A stretch of 64,000 nt of DNA, from positions 124,001 to 188,000 of the forward strand of contig JBODTK010000143.1 in NCBI GenBank assembly GCA_050613775.1, given 5' to 3'. This stretch comes from Neocallimastix sp. 'constans' (taxonomy: Eukaryota). Shown one piece after another: positions 13,253 through 25,590 of this stretch. Made by a program: the position numbers and the translations under genes. Every line of letters begins with the position of its first letter. Position 1 is the first letter of the stretch. Under the pieces are notes generated by a model. It was not told the origin of the DNA and ran no database searches. It was given only the letters and a program-made list of their open reading frames with translations.

Positions 13253-14695
13253 TTATTTTAAATTAATATTTATATCGTTTAAATCAATTAAACATTCTTT
13301 CCATAATTTAATTAATTCATTTCTGTTGCATCCATTATAAAATAAATTTATTTCCTTACTTTTGTAATTTTCAATTAACATTTTAATTTCATCAGTTGCA
13401 CTAAATATTTTTTGCTTTTTTTTCCAATTTCCTTTAGTTCTCCTTTGATAATCATTATAAGATAAGTTTTCTTCTTCTTTTAATATATATATTAATTTAT
13501 AAAATAAAGGTTTATTTGGAAATATATTATTTAAGTAGCTATTATAAGATTCTGATGCATTGTTTGTTAAATGCTCTATATTTTCATAATAATTCCAATT
13601 ATTAACATTATACTTAAGTAAATAATTTTTATTAAAATATTCTAAAAATTGCAGAAAATTATTATACTTTTTTTTTTTTTTTTGACAAATTCTTTTTATT
13701 ATAATATAAATATCAAATATATAGTTAGGATTTATAAACGGTAAGTTCGAAATAGCTATATAATAAATATATACATCATTATTATTCTTCACTTCATGAT
13801 AACATAATATATTTTTTTGTTTTTCTAATGATCTTTTGTAATGCCAAACACAATATTTAATATTTATATTGGGAAAAACTTTTTTTACGGCATTAGATAT
13901 ACCTTGTTCAAAATCACAATGAAAATTAATTGTAGTAATTAATGTATTACTCCTAAATTTATTTGCATTTTTTTTTATTTCTTTAAATAATGTTTCATAT
14001 GTAGATTGTTTTTTATTTTTTAATATAGAAATGGAAGTAGTGTAAAACATATTAAATTCCCCAACATAAGTTCTTGTTATAAATAACTGATAACTAAATT
14101 TCGGTGCTGCATAAAATGTACCGTCCTCAAATATATTTTTATGATAATTCGAAAATAAATATGCTTGGAATGGTGATTGAAAGATTATTAGATCAGTATT
14201 TTAAAATATCATAAAATTTTCATTTCTTTTAGTTTTATAATATTCTGATTCAATGGGAATATCATCAAAACTTTTTATATTTAAAGGAAATTGTTTATTT
14301 ATATTTCTTATTATTTGGGATCTAATTGTACTATATTCGGGACATATAAGTCCCATTTCTTGAGAAACGGCATTAAATATATGTTTAGGTTTTATATCCA
14401 TAGGAATTGAATTTTTCTTAATTTCTTCCTTAATTTTATGCTTTGATACTGATATAGACACATCAATTTCTTTTTCGAGATGGTTATGTAAACTTTCATA
14501 TTTTAAAACCTCCTTTTTATCATTTAAAATAATTAAAGATTTACATTTATTTAAAGTCTTATATTCAGTGCATCCATAAATTTTTGATTTATCTTTCCTT
14601 TGAAATGAAAAATTAAATTTGTGTTTTTTATTAATAATAATTTGTTCATTTCCTCGATTTGTTTCACTTATTTCAATTTCTATATTGTCTTCCAT
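13253..14695 (-). pseudogene. MULE DDE transposase with FLYWCH-like N-terminal zinc finger; one in-frame premature stop
   Basis: ORFs 14201-14695 and 13253-14050 are in the same frame, separated by TAA (14201-14203) and 50 open codons (NTDLIIFQSPFQAYLFSNYHKNIFEDGTFYAAPKFSYQLFITRTYVGEFN). Motifs: C..C..HNH finger, DGTF (D1), CDFE (D2), CVWH (CxxH), TNNASESYN (E). Confidence 0.9.
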
Positions 14696-15495
14696 TAATA
14701 ATTAAAATTTTTCAATAAAATATTTTAATAAATATACTTTTAAATGCTTTGAAACTTTTTTTTTTTTTTTTAATATTTAAAATAATAAATCTTTTTTTAA
14801 TTAATTATATAATTATTTAAATAATTATTTAATTATTAATTATTTATTATTTCTTTATTTACTATTTTATTTATTTATTTTTATTTTTATTTTTTATTTT
14901 TATTTTATTTTTTTTTTTTATTTTTTAATGCTTAAAAAAGAAGTTTTCTTATTTCTTTTTTTTATTTTATTTTTTAAGCATCAAAAAATAAAATGTTTAT
15001 TTATTTTTATTTTATTTTTCAATGTTTAGAAAAAAAGTTTTCTTATTTCTTATTTTTATTTTATTTTTTAAGCATTAAAAAATAAAATGTTTATTTATTT
15101 TTTATTTTATTTTTCAATGTTAAATAGAAATACCTAACCTAATTATTATTTATTGAAGTGTTGTATTTCGCCAAAAGTTGAATTTCGCCAAATTCTTGGT
15201 GGCTTATAAATTTTCGTCATAAAAATTCACGCCATATTATGAATATATGGCTTTTTAAAAATTGTAGAAAAAGCCACAAAAATATGATACAATTAGATAT
15301 AAGCCCCACGTAAGATTACGTGTTTGAAAATTTTTGAGAATTGTAATTTTATTTATTTAATTAATTAATTATTATTCATTAAATTTTTAATAAAATTAAG
15401 TGGCTTAAGATTAAAAATATTTAAGCCATACAACAAAATACAAATTTTTGTAATAAAAATTTTCGAAATGCACACTCCCTTTCCATCCCTTACCC

Positions 15496-15920
15496 TTTTT
15501 TTTTTTTTTAATCTAAATCAAAAATGTCTGCATCTCTTCCACCAAGAAGAAAGTTATATTTTTTAGTATCACGTCACATATATTATTTATACATTTTATA
15601 AAATTATTCATATCAACAAGATTATTACCATTTAACCTTTTAACCTATTCACTACATTATTATTAACAATACTATTATTATCACTATTAATAATATTAAT
15701 ACTCCTATTTTCACTATCAATACTATTACTATTAGTAACAAACACTATTGCTATTGCTATAATTATTACTATTACAATACTATTTGATGTTGAACATTAT
15801 TTGGTAATTATAAAAAAAAAAATTTCATAAAGAATTTCAATATCCATATAATAATTCATTCGAAATTCACGGGAAAGATAGCATTTAGAAAACCTATGCT
15901 TCAATTGAGAATTACTATAT
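15496..15920 (-). mobile_element. LINE fragment, proximal half of the split copy whose remainder is at 7545-7880
   Basis: The reverse complement aligns to ~2205-2680, e.g. ctcaattg...aaatgctatctttcccgtga, agtattgatagtgaaaatagg and aactttcttcttggtggaagagatgcagacatttttgatttagatta. Confidence 0.85.
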
Positions 15921-16211
15921 TAGTTAAGATTTAAGTAATCATAATAACCATTTAAATATATATAAATAATACTTGTTTTATTTTAATTTCATAAACTTAC
16001 ATATATATATATATATTTTCATTTCTTTTTTATTTGTTCAATTATTTTTAAAATTTTCTTTATTAATTTTATTATTTCAATTTGAAAATTTTATTTACAC
16101 TATTACATATTTACTTAATAAATAAAGTTTTTTTTTTTTATTTTTTATTTTTTTATTTTTATTTTTTATTTTATTTATTTTCTTTTTTTCTTTTTTCTTT
16201 TTTCTTTTTTC

Positions 16212-16243
<32 letters not shown>

Positions 16244-16565
16244 ATAAAAAAAAAATTATTCACTTGATAGAAGAAAAAAAATCTTTTATTAAACTTTAAA
16301 TAGGAAAAACTTTTCTTCTTCTACAAATATTTGCTTTTTAATAAATAAAATATATTTAAATTTTCAGTTGAATTACGATGGCATCTTGAGGAAAAAAAAA
16401 AAAAATAAAAAATATAATATTTAATAAAATTAATTTATGAATTTATATAAATATCATTTATTCTTTCTTTTTTTTTTTTTTTATTATTATTATTATTTTT
16501 TTTCTCAAAAAAAAAAAAAAAAAATAATGTAGGATAAAGTAATAGTCAATCCTCATTTAATGTTC

Positions 16566-18104
16566 TTAGTTGTAGCATGAATCTTTAATACCACACCATT
16601 CACCATTTTCAACACCCCATCCACCATCACTATCAGTATAGGCAACTTCACAAGTACTACAGCATGGATAACCCATATCTTTAGAGAAACATGAATCGTT
16701 CTTCTTACATTTAGAAGGATCAATTCCACACCATTCATCATTTTCAATAGCCCAATCACCGTCATTATCAGTGTAAGCAACTTCACAACTACTCTTACAA
16801 CATGGGAATCCAATAGTACTTGCCCAACAGGAACTAGTGGTTGGTTTAATATCAACTAAAGTAGTAGTTTTTGGAGAAGAAGTAGCGGTTGGGTAAGAAC
16901 CAGTAGTGTAAGTAGCAGTAGAACGATCATTTGGATCAACAACACGAACAACAACTCTAATATTATCATATGGTTCAACTTTATCCCACCATCCCCATGG
17001 ATCAGAACGGTCAACTTTTTCATCACCAGTCCAAGTATAAACATTATCATCAAAGTGACGTGTCTTGTAGTACCAGTAAGATAAACTACCAATTTCATCA
17101 GAATAACCAGTTCCCTTTTCAGATTCTTCCATTGGATTAGCGTGTCCACTATTGAAACCCTTTAATGCACAACGTACAATTTCAACACCTTTTTGATCAA
17201 AAGAAACAGCTTCCTTTACAAAGTGAATAAGTTTACGAATACCCATATGAGTAGAAATGTATGGATCATAGAAGTTTTGTGGAGTTAAAGTGTACCAATA
17301 CATTTCTGTAACATCATCTTCTTGATCGAAAGTTGGATCACAACCATAGAATGCAGTAACTGCAGTTTGGAAAGGACCATAGGCGTGTGCTGAGTTAACA
17401 CCAAAACCATCTTCTTGAGCAGTTTCAACACCAGCATTTAATGTAGATTCACGTGAAGCCCAACCTAAGAAAAGAGCAAAAACCTTTAACATATTATCAG
17501 TTTCTAAGTACTTACTAATAACATCCCAATGTTCGTTAATTTCTTTGAAGATAATAGATTTAACTTCAGCAACACTTAAAGCGCTAGCAGCAGCCTTTTC
17601 TTCTGCAACATCCATAGATTCTAAATAGTAACGATTATCTTCATATGGTAAACCAATGTTCATATCTTCACTATCGTTAGAACCATCAGCTTCAGTATGG
17701 TTTGGTACAGCTCTTGTTTGAGTGTGTAAAACAGCTTGTTCAACATCAAACTTTTTACCATTACTTGAAACAATGAATCCAAAAGTGGTGTTAGTTAAAA
17801 CTTTAAGAACAGCATTAGTAACTTCACCAGTAAGAACTAATTTATCAGATTGAACATCAACTTCACAACCCCAACTTCCATAAAATTGATGATCAGCACT
17901 ATCAAATGGAACTTCAATATACCAATTGTTAATTTTTAATTTACTAGCATTAATAATTTCACCAGTACATTCAGAATATGTAGTAGTATCACCAGTCCAT
18001 GTCTTTGTGATTGCAATATTGAAACCTGGAATAGATGCTCTAACTAATAATAAACTAAATAAACCATATAAGGTTATAAATAAATTTCTTTTCATGAAAT
18101 CCAT
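16566..18104 (-). CDS. Secreted cellulosomal enzyme: signal peptide, CBM2/CBM49-like domain, GH124-like (lysozyme/GH23-like fold) endoglucanase domain, Thr-rich linker, two fungal dockerins
   Basis: Intronless 512-aa ORF with a hydrophobic N-terminus. It has lysozyme-superfamily motifs RES (Glu codon 17448-17450), AYGPFQ and ALKGFNSG. The segments EHWDVI, NFYD..IS.HMGIR and VDRSDPW match my recollection of the Clostridium thermocellum Cel124 catalytic module. Two C-terminal CC...YTDxDGxW.xENxEWCG dockerins follow. Confidence 0.88.
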   Translation of the reverse strand: MDFMKRNLFITLYGLFSLLLVRASIPGFNIAITKTWTGDTTTYSECTGEIINASKLKINNWYIEVPFDSADHQFYGSWGCEVDVQSDKLVLTGEVTNAVLKVLTNTTFGFIVSSNGKKFDVEQAVLHTQTRAVPNHTEADGSNDSEDMNIGLPYEDNRYYLESMDVAEEKAAASALSVAEVKSIIFKEINEHWDVISKYLETDNMLKVFALFLGWASRESTLNAGVETAQEDGFGVNSAHAYGPFQTAVTAFYGCDPTFDQEDDVTEMYWYTLTPQNFYDPYISTHMGIRKLIHFVKEAVSFDQKGVEIVRCALKGFNSGHANPMEESEKGTGYSDEIGSLSYWYYKTRHFDDNVYTWTGDEKVDRSDPWGWWDKVEPYDNIRVVVRVVDPNDRSTATYTTGSYPTATSSPKTTTLVDIKPTTSSCWASTIGFPCCKSSCEVAYTDNDGDWAIENDEWCGIDPSKCKKNDSCFSKDMGYPCCSTCEVAYTDSDGGWGVENGEWCGIKDSCYN

Positions 18105-18202
18105 TTTTATTTATTATTTCAATATAAATTCTTTATATAAAAAATAAATATATTTAAATAAATAATAAATAATAAAATTAAAAAAAAAAAAATTAATATT
18201 TT

Positions 18203-18233
<31 letters not shown>

Positions 18234-21200
18234 GATGTTTCAATTAATTAAATAATTATATATAATTAATACATATATATCTTTTTGACTTTATTTACTT
18301 CTTTTTTTTATTTCTTTCAAAAAAATAAAAATATAAAGAGTATAATTTTTCTTATTTTTATCTTTGATTAACTTTTGTTTATTTTTTTTTTTTATCCGTT
18401 TTTTGATTTGTCTTGAAATTTCAATACTATATTTAAAGATAATTCCTGATTACTTTAAATTTTTAGTTGAATTTACGATTAAATATAAAAGTTATTAATT
18501 TTCATAAATATATATATATATTTTTTTTTTTTTTTAATTATTTTACTGTCGTCTAATGCGACCCTTCAAAATTTAAAAATTAAAAAAAAAAAAAATAATT
18601 ATAAAAATAAAAGTAAAATAAAAATTAAAAAATTGAAAATTAATTCTTTTATTTTATATATATATATAAATTTTTTTTTTTTTTTACTTTTTATCTTTAA
18701 TTTTAAATATTATTAAAAAAAAAATTTTTATTTATTATCCTTTTGAATTTTATTTAGATTAAATATATTATCCAATTGATTAGAATATATGAATATATGT
18801 CATTAAACAATGAAAAAAAAATTTTCATAATTATTAAAGTTAAATATTACATATTAATATTTAATATCATCAATTCATCAAATTCATCTTCTAATACATA
18901 TGATTTACTTTTTAAATTTATTTTTTTTAATAATTCATTTAAATTTAATCTAATATAATAATAATGAATAATTTATATTCTAATACAATTGTATTCAATA
19001 TATATAAATTATATATTAAATTTTAATAAAAATTTTTTTAATCTTTTTTTTATATTTATTAAAGTATTATTCTATGTCTATTCATAGATCACGTGATATA
19101 TATTTAACTATTTATTTTTTTTAACATTTATTCAATTGAGTCAACGGCCATTTCAAAATGAATAATGTCACACAATATAAATAATATGTGTACCATTACA
19201 ATTCACCATATATAAAAGTAATCATACTGAATAATACAATATAATCATAAATTTTGTTTGTAGAATTTTAAATAATTACATTTAAATTTTATGAATAAAG
19301 AATTTTTCGACATAGAAAAAGAAAATATTACAAAAAAAAAAAAATAAATAAATATGTATATTTATTTCATTATGCATACAAAGAAATAGAAATTAGCATC
19401 ATTTATAAATTATATTTTTATAAATTATATTTTTTATAATAATTAAGATCTTTTTTTTTTTTTTTGCTGAAACTTTTTTTGTAATTCAGTAAAAAAGAAA
19501 TAAAAATAATTATGAATTATGTTTAAATAATCGCTAATTTATATTATTGCATTAATAATTTTTTAATACATTTTATCTTTTTAATTAATAATTTATATGG
19601 GAAAATAAAGTAGTTCCCAATTATTTAATACATTAATGGACGATCTGTTTTAATACAATATGAAATATAGAAATTTATTTATCTATTTTTCTATTATTTA
19701 TTTATTTACTATTTGTTATTTATTATTTATTTATTTATTATTTATTTAATTTATTATTTATCATTAAATTATAAATAATTTATTATTTATTATTTATTTT
19801 TAAATTTCTTAATCATCCACAATATTAAAAATATAAAATTTTAATGAATAAACTTTATATTAACTCAAAGGATAATAACTTTATTTATTATAATTATTAT
19901 AATGGTAAATCACTTTATTATAAAATTACACAATACTTAAAATTCAATTTAAAATAAATTAATTATGAATAATAAATTAAAAGTTTATTTAATAAAAAAT
20001 TCAGTAATTTGGGTCAAAGATTAATAATATATAATACATTTTTATTATATTTAAATAAAAAAAAAAAATTATTAAAAAAAAAAAACATGTATTAATTATT
20101 TATTAATTTAAAAAATTAAAATAAAAAAAAAAAAAAAAAAAAAATGGTTGTTCATAATTAATAAATAGAATAAATGAGAGACCAATAAAAAAGTAAATTA
20201 AAAAATGTTTATTTACCCATTAAGTTTATTGCTAAGACTTAAAACAGAAAATTTTTTTAGACCAACAAAAAAAAAAAAGTAAATTATTTATAATTTATTA
20301 TGTTTCAAACAAAACATAAAGATTTAAGCTAGCTTTATTGGTTCTTTTGATCATTACTTTTATTGCTTTTATTTGGAACACATATTATTTCCATAATTTG
20401 AAATATTTGCAATGAGATATTTAATATCAGAAACCACAATCAAGATAGTGATATCAAATTATTTAATTATCTCCAATATTAAAAAATATTAATTCCTTAT
20501 AATTTACAATTAATAAATACTATTATTAAAAATATATATATATATTTATGAAGGTTTTAACAAAACGTTAAACACAATCAAAGATATCTAATATTTTAAA
20601 ATAGATAGAATTAATAATTAGTATAATTATTAAATAAACAATAATCTTTGGTAATATTATCAATTATTATTATTATTATTATAATTATTAATATTATTAT
20701 TATTATTTTATTATTATTTAATCATTTATTATAAATTTTATAAATAAATAAACATATAAATGATACTCTATTTATGTTATTTGGTTATATAAAATGTATA
20801 AAATGAAAATAAAAACTTTAATTAGTAATAAATTATTTTGTTAATAATTAATATTTATATATAATTAAATTATTAAATCATTAATTAATCATTTGATTAA
20901 TTATCACTGATTTATAGTGTGATTTAATGTAATGTAATATAAAATAGATTTATATGAATATGATATCATAAATTCTATACAAATTCATAAAATTTAATGA
21001 AAGAATTAAATAACATAAATTTTATGTTATGTAAATAGGTAAATACTTTATAAATTTATTTTATTCTAATTATTTTATTTTATTCCTATATATAAAACTT
21101 TATATATTTGTATAAATTTTTTTTTAGACTTAGAGAATAACTTTATTTAATTTATAATAATAATAAAATTACATGGTATAAATGAAAAAATAAAATACAT

Positions 21201-21249
21201 AAAATGAAATATTATATATTATATAATTATAAAAGTACGTTAGAAGTAA

Positions 21250-22007
21250 TAGTTTCTAGCTTTTCCCATTCATTAATGATAACACCGAGTCCATTATTGA
21301 TCTTTTAAATTGATGATGGATGGGTAAAGTATTATCTAACGAATCTATATCAGATCTTTCACCAGGAGGTGAAAATCTATGCCTTATCATTTCAACGTCG
21401 ACACTCTTAGCAACGGTAGATTCAACGGGATACCATTTCATTATCAATCTAAAAAGTTCGACAAATTAATGGTATTACGTTTATTAGAAACTCCATAATC
21501 CCCACAAAATACGGAACAGTCAACAAAGTTGAACTTTGTTTAAAAATATTGTCAATTAGTTTGTCTTTGTTCCACATCATTAACTTTAATTTTTTTTTCA
21601 TATATTGAACGCCCGCCAAGAAGAGCACTCACTACAAAATAATAAATATTATTATCATAATCCTTTTCTAAATCTAAAGAAACATCCAAAGAATTTTGTT
21701 CAATTATCATTTGCAAACTTCAAAAAGAGATCATCTAGAAAAGGTAAAGATTTATTTCTGTAAATTTTCCAATTCTTTACAGGCAATAATCCAGTGAGAA
21801 AAGCTAGGTACACTAACACCACAACATGGGCAACATTTAGTGCAATCTTCTGAGACTATTTTTCTTCTAATGGAAAAAACTAATATCAAATTTAAAATCA
21901 CACCTAATTCGAGAAATCCAAAAGAATCTTAATTAATACTTTGGATATTGAAACGTTAAGTCTTTGATTTCTGAAATAAATCCAAAATCATTCTCCTTGT
22001 TAAATAA

Positions 22008-22049
<42 letters not shown>

Positions 22050-22455
22050 AGCTTTAAAGCATCTGCTCTTATTTGAATTAAAGAGAGAGGAGAATAATAT
22101 AAAAACAAGACTCTATAAGAATAAAGGAAATTAAAAAAAAAAAAAAAAACATATTTCTTCAATGGGAAAGAAATAAAGATTTTATTTATAAGAAATCAAA
22201 AAGTATGAATTTTTAAACTTGACATTTAAATTTTACTGTTTAATTTTTTTTTTTTTTTTTTTTTTTTTTTGGATTGTATAGGTTTCAAATGAAAAAGATT
22301 CATCAAAAGGAATACCAAGATAAGTTAAGAGTCGTCAGTTTTAGGTAATTTATTATTACCAATAAAGAAAAAGATGGACTCGGTTTTAACAAAGTTAAAT
22401 CTGGAAGCTTTACAAACAAGAGTAGCACCCTTTATTAAATTTCCAAAAGTCATTT

Positions 22456-22493
<38 letters not shown>

Positions 22494-22560
22494 ATCCATT
22501 TATGAACCTTATTCAAAATATTCTTTAAAGAGTTTGTCTTTTTTAGATGAAACAACTAAA
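21250..22560 (-). mobile_element. Degenerate LINE 3' half (second subfamily)
   Basis: The minus strand gives NNKLPKTDD..YLGIPFDE, FWISRIRC, KCCPCCGVSVPSF.HWIIACKEL (Cys/His knuckle) and ALLGGRS, in the same order as the LINE at 485-3025. Confidence 0.75.
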
Positions 22561-22782
22561 AAAAAAAAAAAAAAAAAAAACAATATCATTGGGCAAAAAA
22601 AAAAATTCCCACCACTAACAATATTGAGATTCCAAAAATATATATACACATACTTAATCACAATCATTCAGTATAATCATTAATGAACAAAATTGAATAA
22701 AATAGAAGAAAAAAAAAAAGGGGGGGAGGGTATCCTTATCTAAACACCATAATTCATTGAAAAAAAATTTAAGAAATTTACC

Positions 22783-22823
<41 letters not shown>

Positions 22824-23214
22824 ACTAACTTTACAGGAGATAGAGAAAGGTTCCTTCCTTTAAAAAACAGATGACATTTACCCTCTAATAATTCCTATAT
22901 ATTTATAGATATAAAAAAAAAAATAGAGAAAATGAATTTTTTTTTTTTTAAAAAATAAAATAAAAAAAAAAAATACAACTTTTCAATTATAAATTACAAA
23001 AAAAAAAAAATAAATGGAAATAAAATTATTTTAATAAAATATAAAAAAAAAAAAAAAAATTAATCAATATATATATATATTTTTTGTTTTATAAAATTTT
23101 CCTTTAATAAATTAGAGGTTATATTATTTTATATAATATATTTTATTATTTATAATAATAATTATTTTTTTTTTTTTTTTAATTTATTATTTTATTTTAT
23201 TTTTTTAATAAAAA

Positions 23215-23251
<37 letters not shown>

Positions 23252-23653
23252 TAATTTATAATTTATAATTATAACATAAAAATTTTTAAATGAATTTAAA
23301 TGATATTTTTTTTTTTTTTTTTAATATATTTATATATACTTTTTTTTTAGAGAAAAAAAAAAATTTAATTTTTATATATATAAATAAATGTAAAATGAAA
23401 TTCGAATTTATTTTTACATATATAAATATAAATTCTTTTTAATTCCTATGTTGTTGTCGTCTTTTTTTTTTTTTTTTTTTTTTTTTTATGATGATTACGA
23501 TAATATTTTATAATGGAAATATATTTATAATATTATATTATATATATTTTTTTTTTATTTACTTATTTTATATTAACATCTACTATAAATTTATTTTTTT
23601 TATTTAATATAATTGTATTTTTTATTTTTTTTTAATTTTTTTTTTAACATAAT

Positions 23654-25590
23654 TTAAAAATCTCCCCAATCATCTTCCCATTTTGAAGTTTTGTTGGTAT
23701 TTTGATTTTGTGTATTTAAAGAAGAAATGTTACCAGAACCAAATCCACTATTATTTTTGTTAAAGCTACCAAAACTACTATTACTACCATTTTGATTTTT
23801 ATTTAAACTATTAAAAGAACTAAAGCTAGTACCGCTATCAGTTCTATTAAATCCATTTTGCTTGTTATTGTTATTGTTATTGATTCCAAAACTATTAAAG
23901 AAATCATCATTACTACCATTACCACTATTACCATTGTTACTATTACTTTTTACTACATATGGTTCACTTCTCATACTTCTACGATTTGAATTACCTCCTT
24001 GTTGGAAATTTTGGTAGGCTTGACTAATTTGTCCGGCAGCTTGAGAAGCTTTTTCAGAAACAGTACGCTTAAAGCTTTCAGCATAGGTTCCTATATTTTG
24101 TGTAAAGTTTGGATCACGAACAGCATTAGAAGCTGGTTTAATATAATTTTCATTCAAGGTGCTAGCACCAGCAGCAGCAATTTTAACACCAATCATAGCT
24201 TTTTGAGCTAAGAAAGACCAACCATTTGATAAACTTTTTTGAATTTGAGCAAGATTTTCATTTTGTGGTTGTGGGTCATTACGTAATGAGGTACTACCAA
24301 AACCAGTATACTTACCACCTTGACTTGGTGGAATATCATCTCTTCTATTTTCATTTTCTCTACCTTTTCTAGCAAAGAATTCTTCATTTTTTGCCTTATC
24401 TGGAATAAACATAGTTTGAGCATTGTTAGTAAAAACATTGGAACTGCTATTATTATTTGAACCAAATCCATTATTATTTGAATTAAATCTATTATTATTG
24501 GAACCAAAATTATTTGAACCAAATCCACCAGTTGGTCCAAAGCCATTATTTGAACCAAAGCTATTTGATTTATTGGTATTGGAACCAAAGTTGTCCCATG
24601 AACTTGATTTATTATTGTTACCAAAACCGTTATTGTTGTTTCCAAAACCATTATTATTATTACCAAAACCATTATTATTGTTTCCAAATCCATTATTATT
24701 GCTTCCAAATCCATTATTATTGCTTCCAAAACCATTATTACTGTTATTTGAGAAAGAAGAATTGTTAGTTTGAGCATTAGGTAATTGACTTACTGGTGGA
24801 GCTACCCAAACTCTTCCTTCGCATTCTGCTTGTAATTTTTCACGATAAAGTCTTGCGAAATTTGAATTATATTTTTCTTTTATAGACATACCTTCACGGT
24901 AATCTGGTTGAGATTGAAAGAACTGTAAGGCCTTACTATTTCCACCGAGTTCCATTTTCTTTAATTGTTCATCAGACCATTTATCCATAGTAATTGAACG
25001 AACAAAACTAATATGAACACCTAATGAACGGTGAATACCTGAACAATTTAAACAAAAGAAAGTACCATAGGTTACACTAGCCCTAATTTATTTTGAATTT
25101 AATAATATTAATTTGTTTTATTTTGATATATACATAATATTTGTTTTAATTTAAATCATTGTTTTATTTTTATATATTTTTTATGTTATCATTTTTATAT
25201 TATATATATTATGTTGTTTATATATTTTATTGTTTAAAGTGATTTATTAAAATTTATTGAGATTTCAATTTACATAATTTATAGTTAAATAAATATATAT
25301 TTATTTTTATATATATAAAAGAAATATATATATATAAAAAAATAAAATTAATACATAAACGATTTAGAATATTGTATTTAAATATAATTAAATTATATTA
25401 ATTTAAATAAAATAAGTACCATTGTGGGTTTGGAGCTCCACAATCAATACATATATTATTTCCTTCTTTCTTTTGTAATTCTATTATCAAATATGAAAAA
25501 AAAAAAAAAAAATTAATAATTTATAATTGTTTAAAAAAATATAAATTTATATAATATTTTTTTACCATATAATTTTTGTTTATATTCCAT
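23654..25590 (-). CDS. GCS1: ADP-ribosylation factor GTPase-activating protein (Gcs1/ArfGAP1); exons 25590-25566, 25480-25420, 25082-23654
   Basis: The spliced start reads [64 protein letters not shown], giving a CxxC-x16-CxxC zinc finger and the catalytic Arg. Both introns are GT-AG and keep the frame. PPSQGGKYTGFGS and the C-terminal WEDDWGDF are typical of the Gcs1 subfamily. Confidence 0.93.

Larger units (their letters stand above)
10378..15479 (-). mobile_element. Full-length Mutator-like DNA transposon with ~50-bp TIRs and a 9-bp TSD
   Basis: The left end GGGGGTGTGTCATTTCGAAAATTTTTATTACATAAATTTGTATTTTGTTGTA matches the reverse complement of the right end GGGAGTGTGCATTTCGAAAATTTTTATTACAAAAATTTGTATTTTGTTGTA. 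TTTCCATCC is duplicated at 10369-10377 and 15480-15488. The element contains a transposase. Confidence 0.93.
7881..15495 (+). mobile_element. Outer, internally deleted MULE-like insertion interrupting the LINE; transposase relic at 8740-9400
   Basis: Limits are defined by where LINE homology stops (7880) and resumes (~15496). From the ATG at 8740 it reads MVKNQEIEICKTNRGKEHIILNRK...KYKCTEYKTLNK...HNHLE...NSSIPFNVNIKRKY, then jumps to ITNNVSESFN, so the catalytic core is deleted. TGGCGTA and TTTCGCC motifs lie near the ends. No clean TIR pair or TSD was found. Confidence 0.6.

Noticed and set aside
14201..14203. Programmed stop readthrough or alternative genetic code in the transposase
   Set aside because: Host genes here end in TAA normally and a paralogous relic has Lys at this site. 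A point mutation or base-call error is simpler.
16553..18147. Overlapping ORFs 16553-16855, 16856-17149 and 17926-18147
   Set aside because: Alternative-frame or antisense shadows of the 512-aa gene.
23999..24777. Leu/Pro-, Ile- and Tyr/Cys-rich repeat ORFs
   Set aside because: Shadows of the NNNGFG repeat in the ArfGAP gene.
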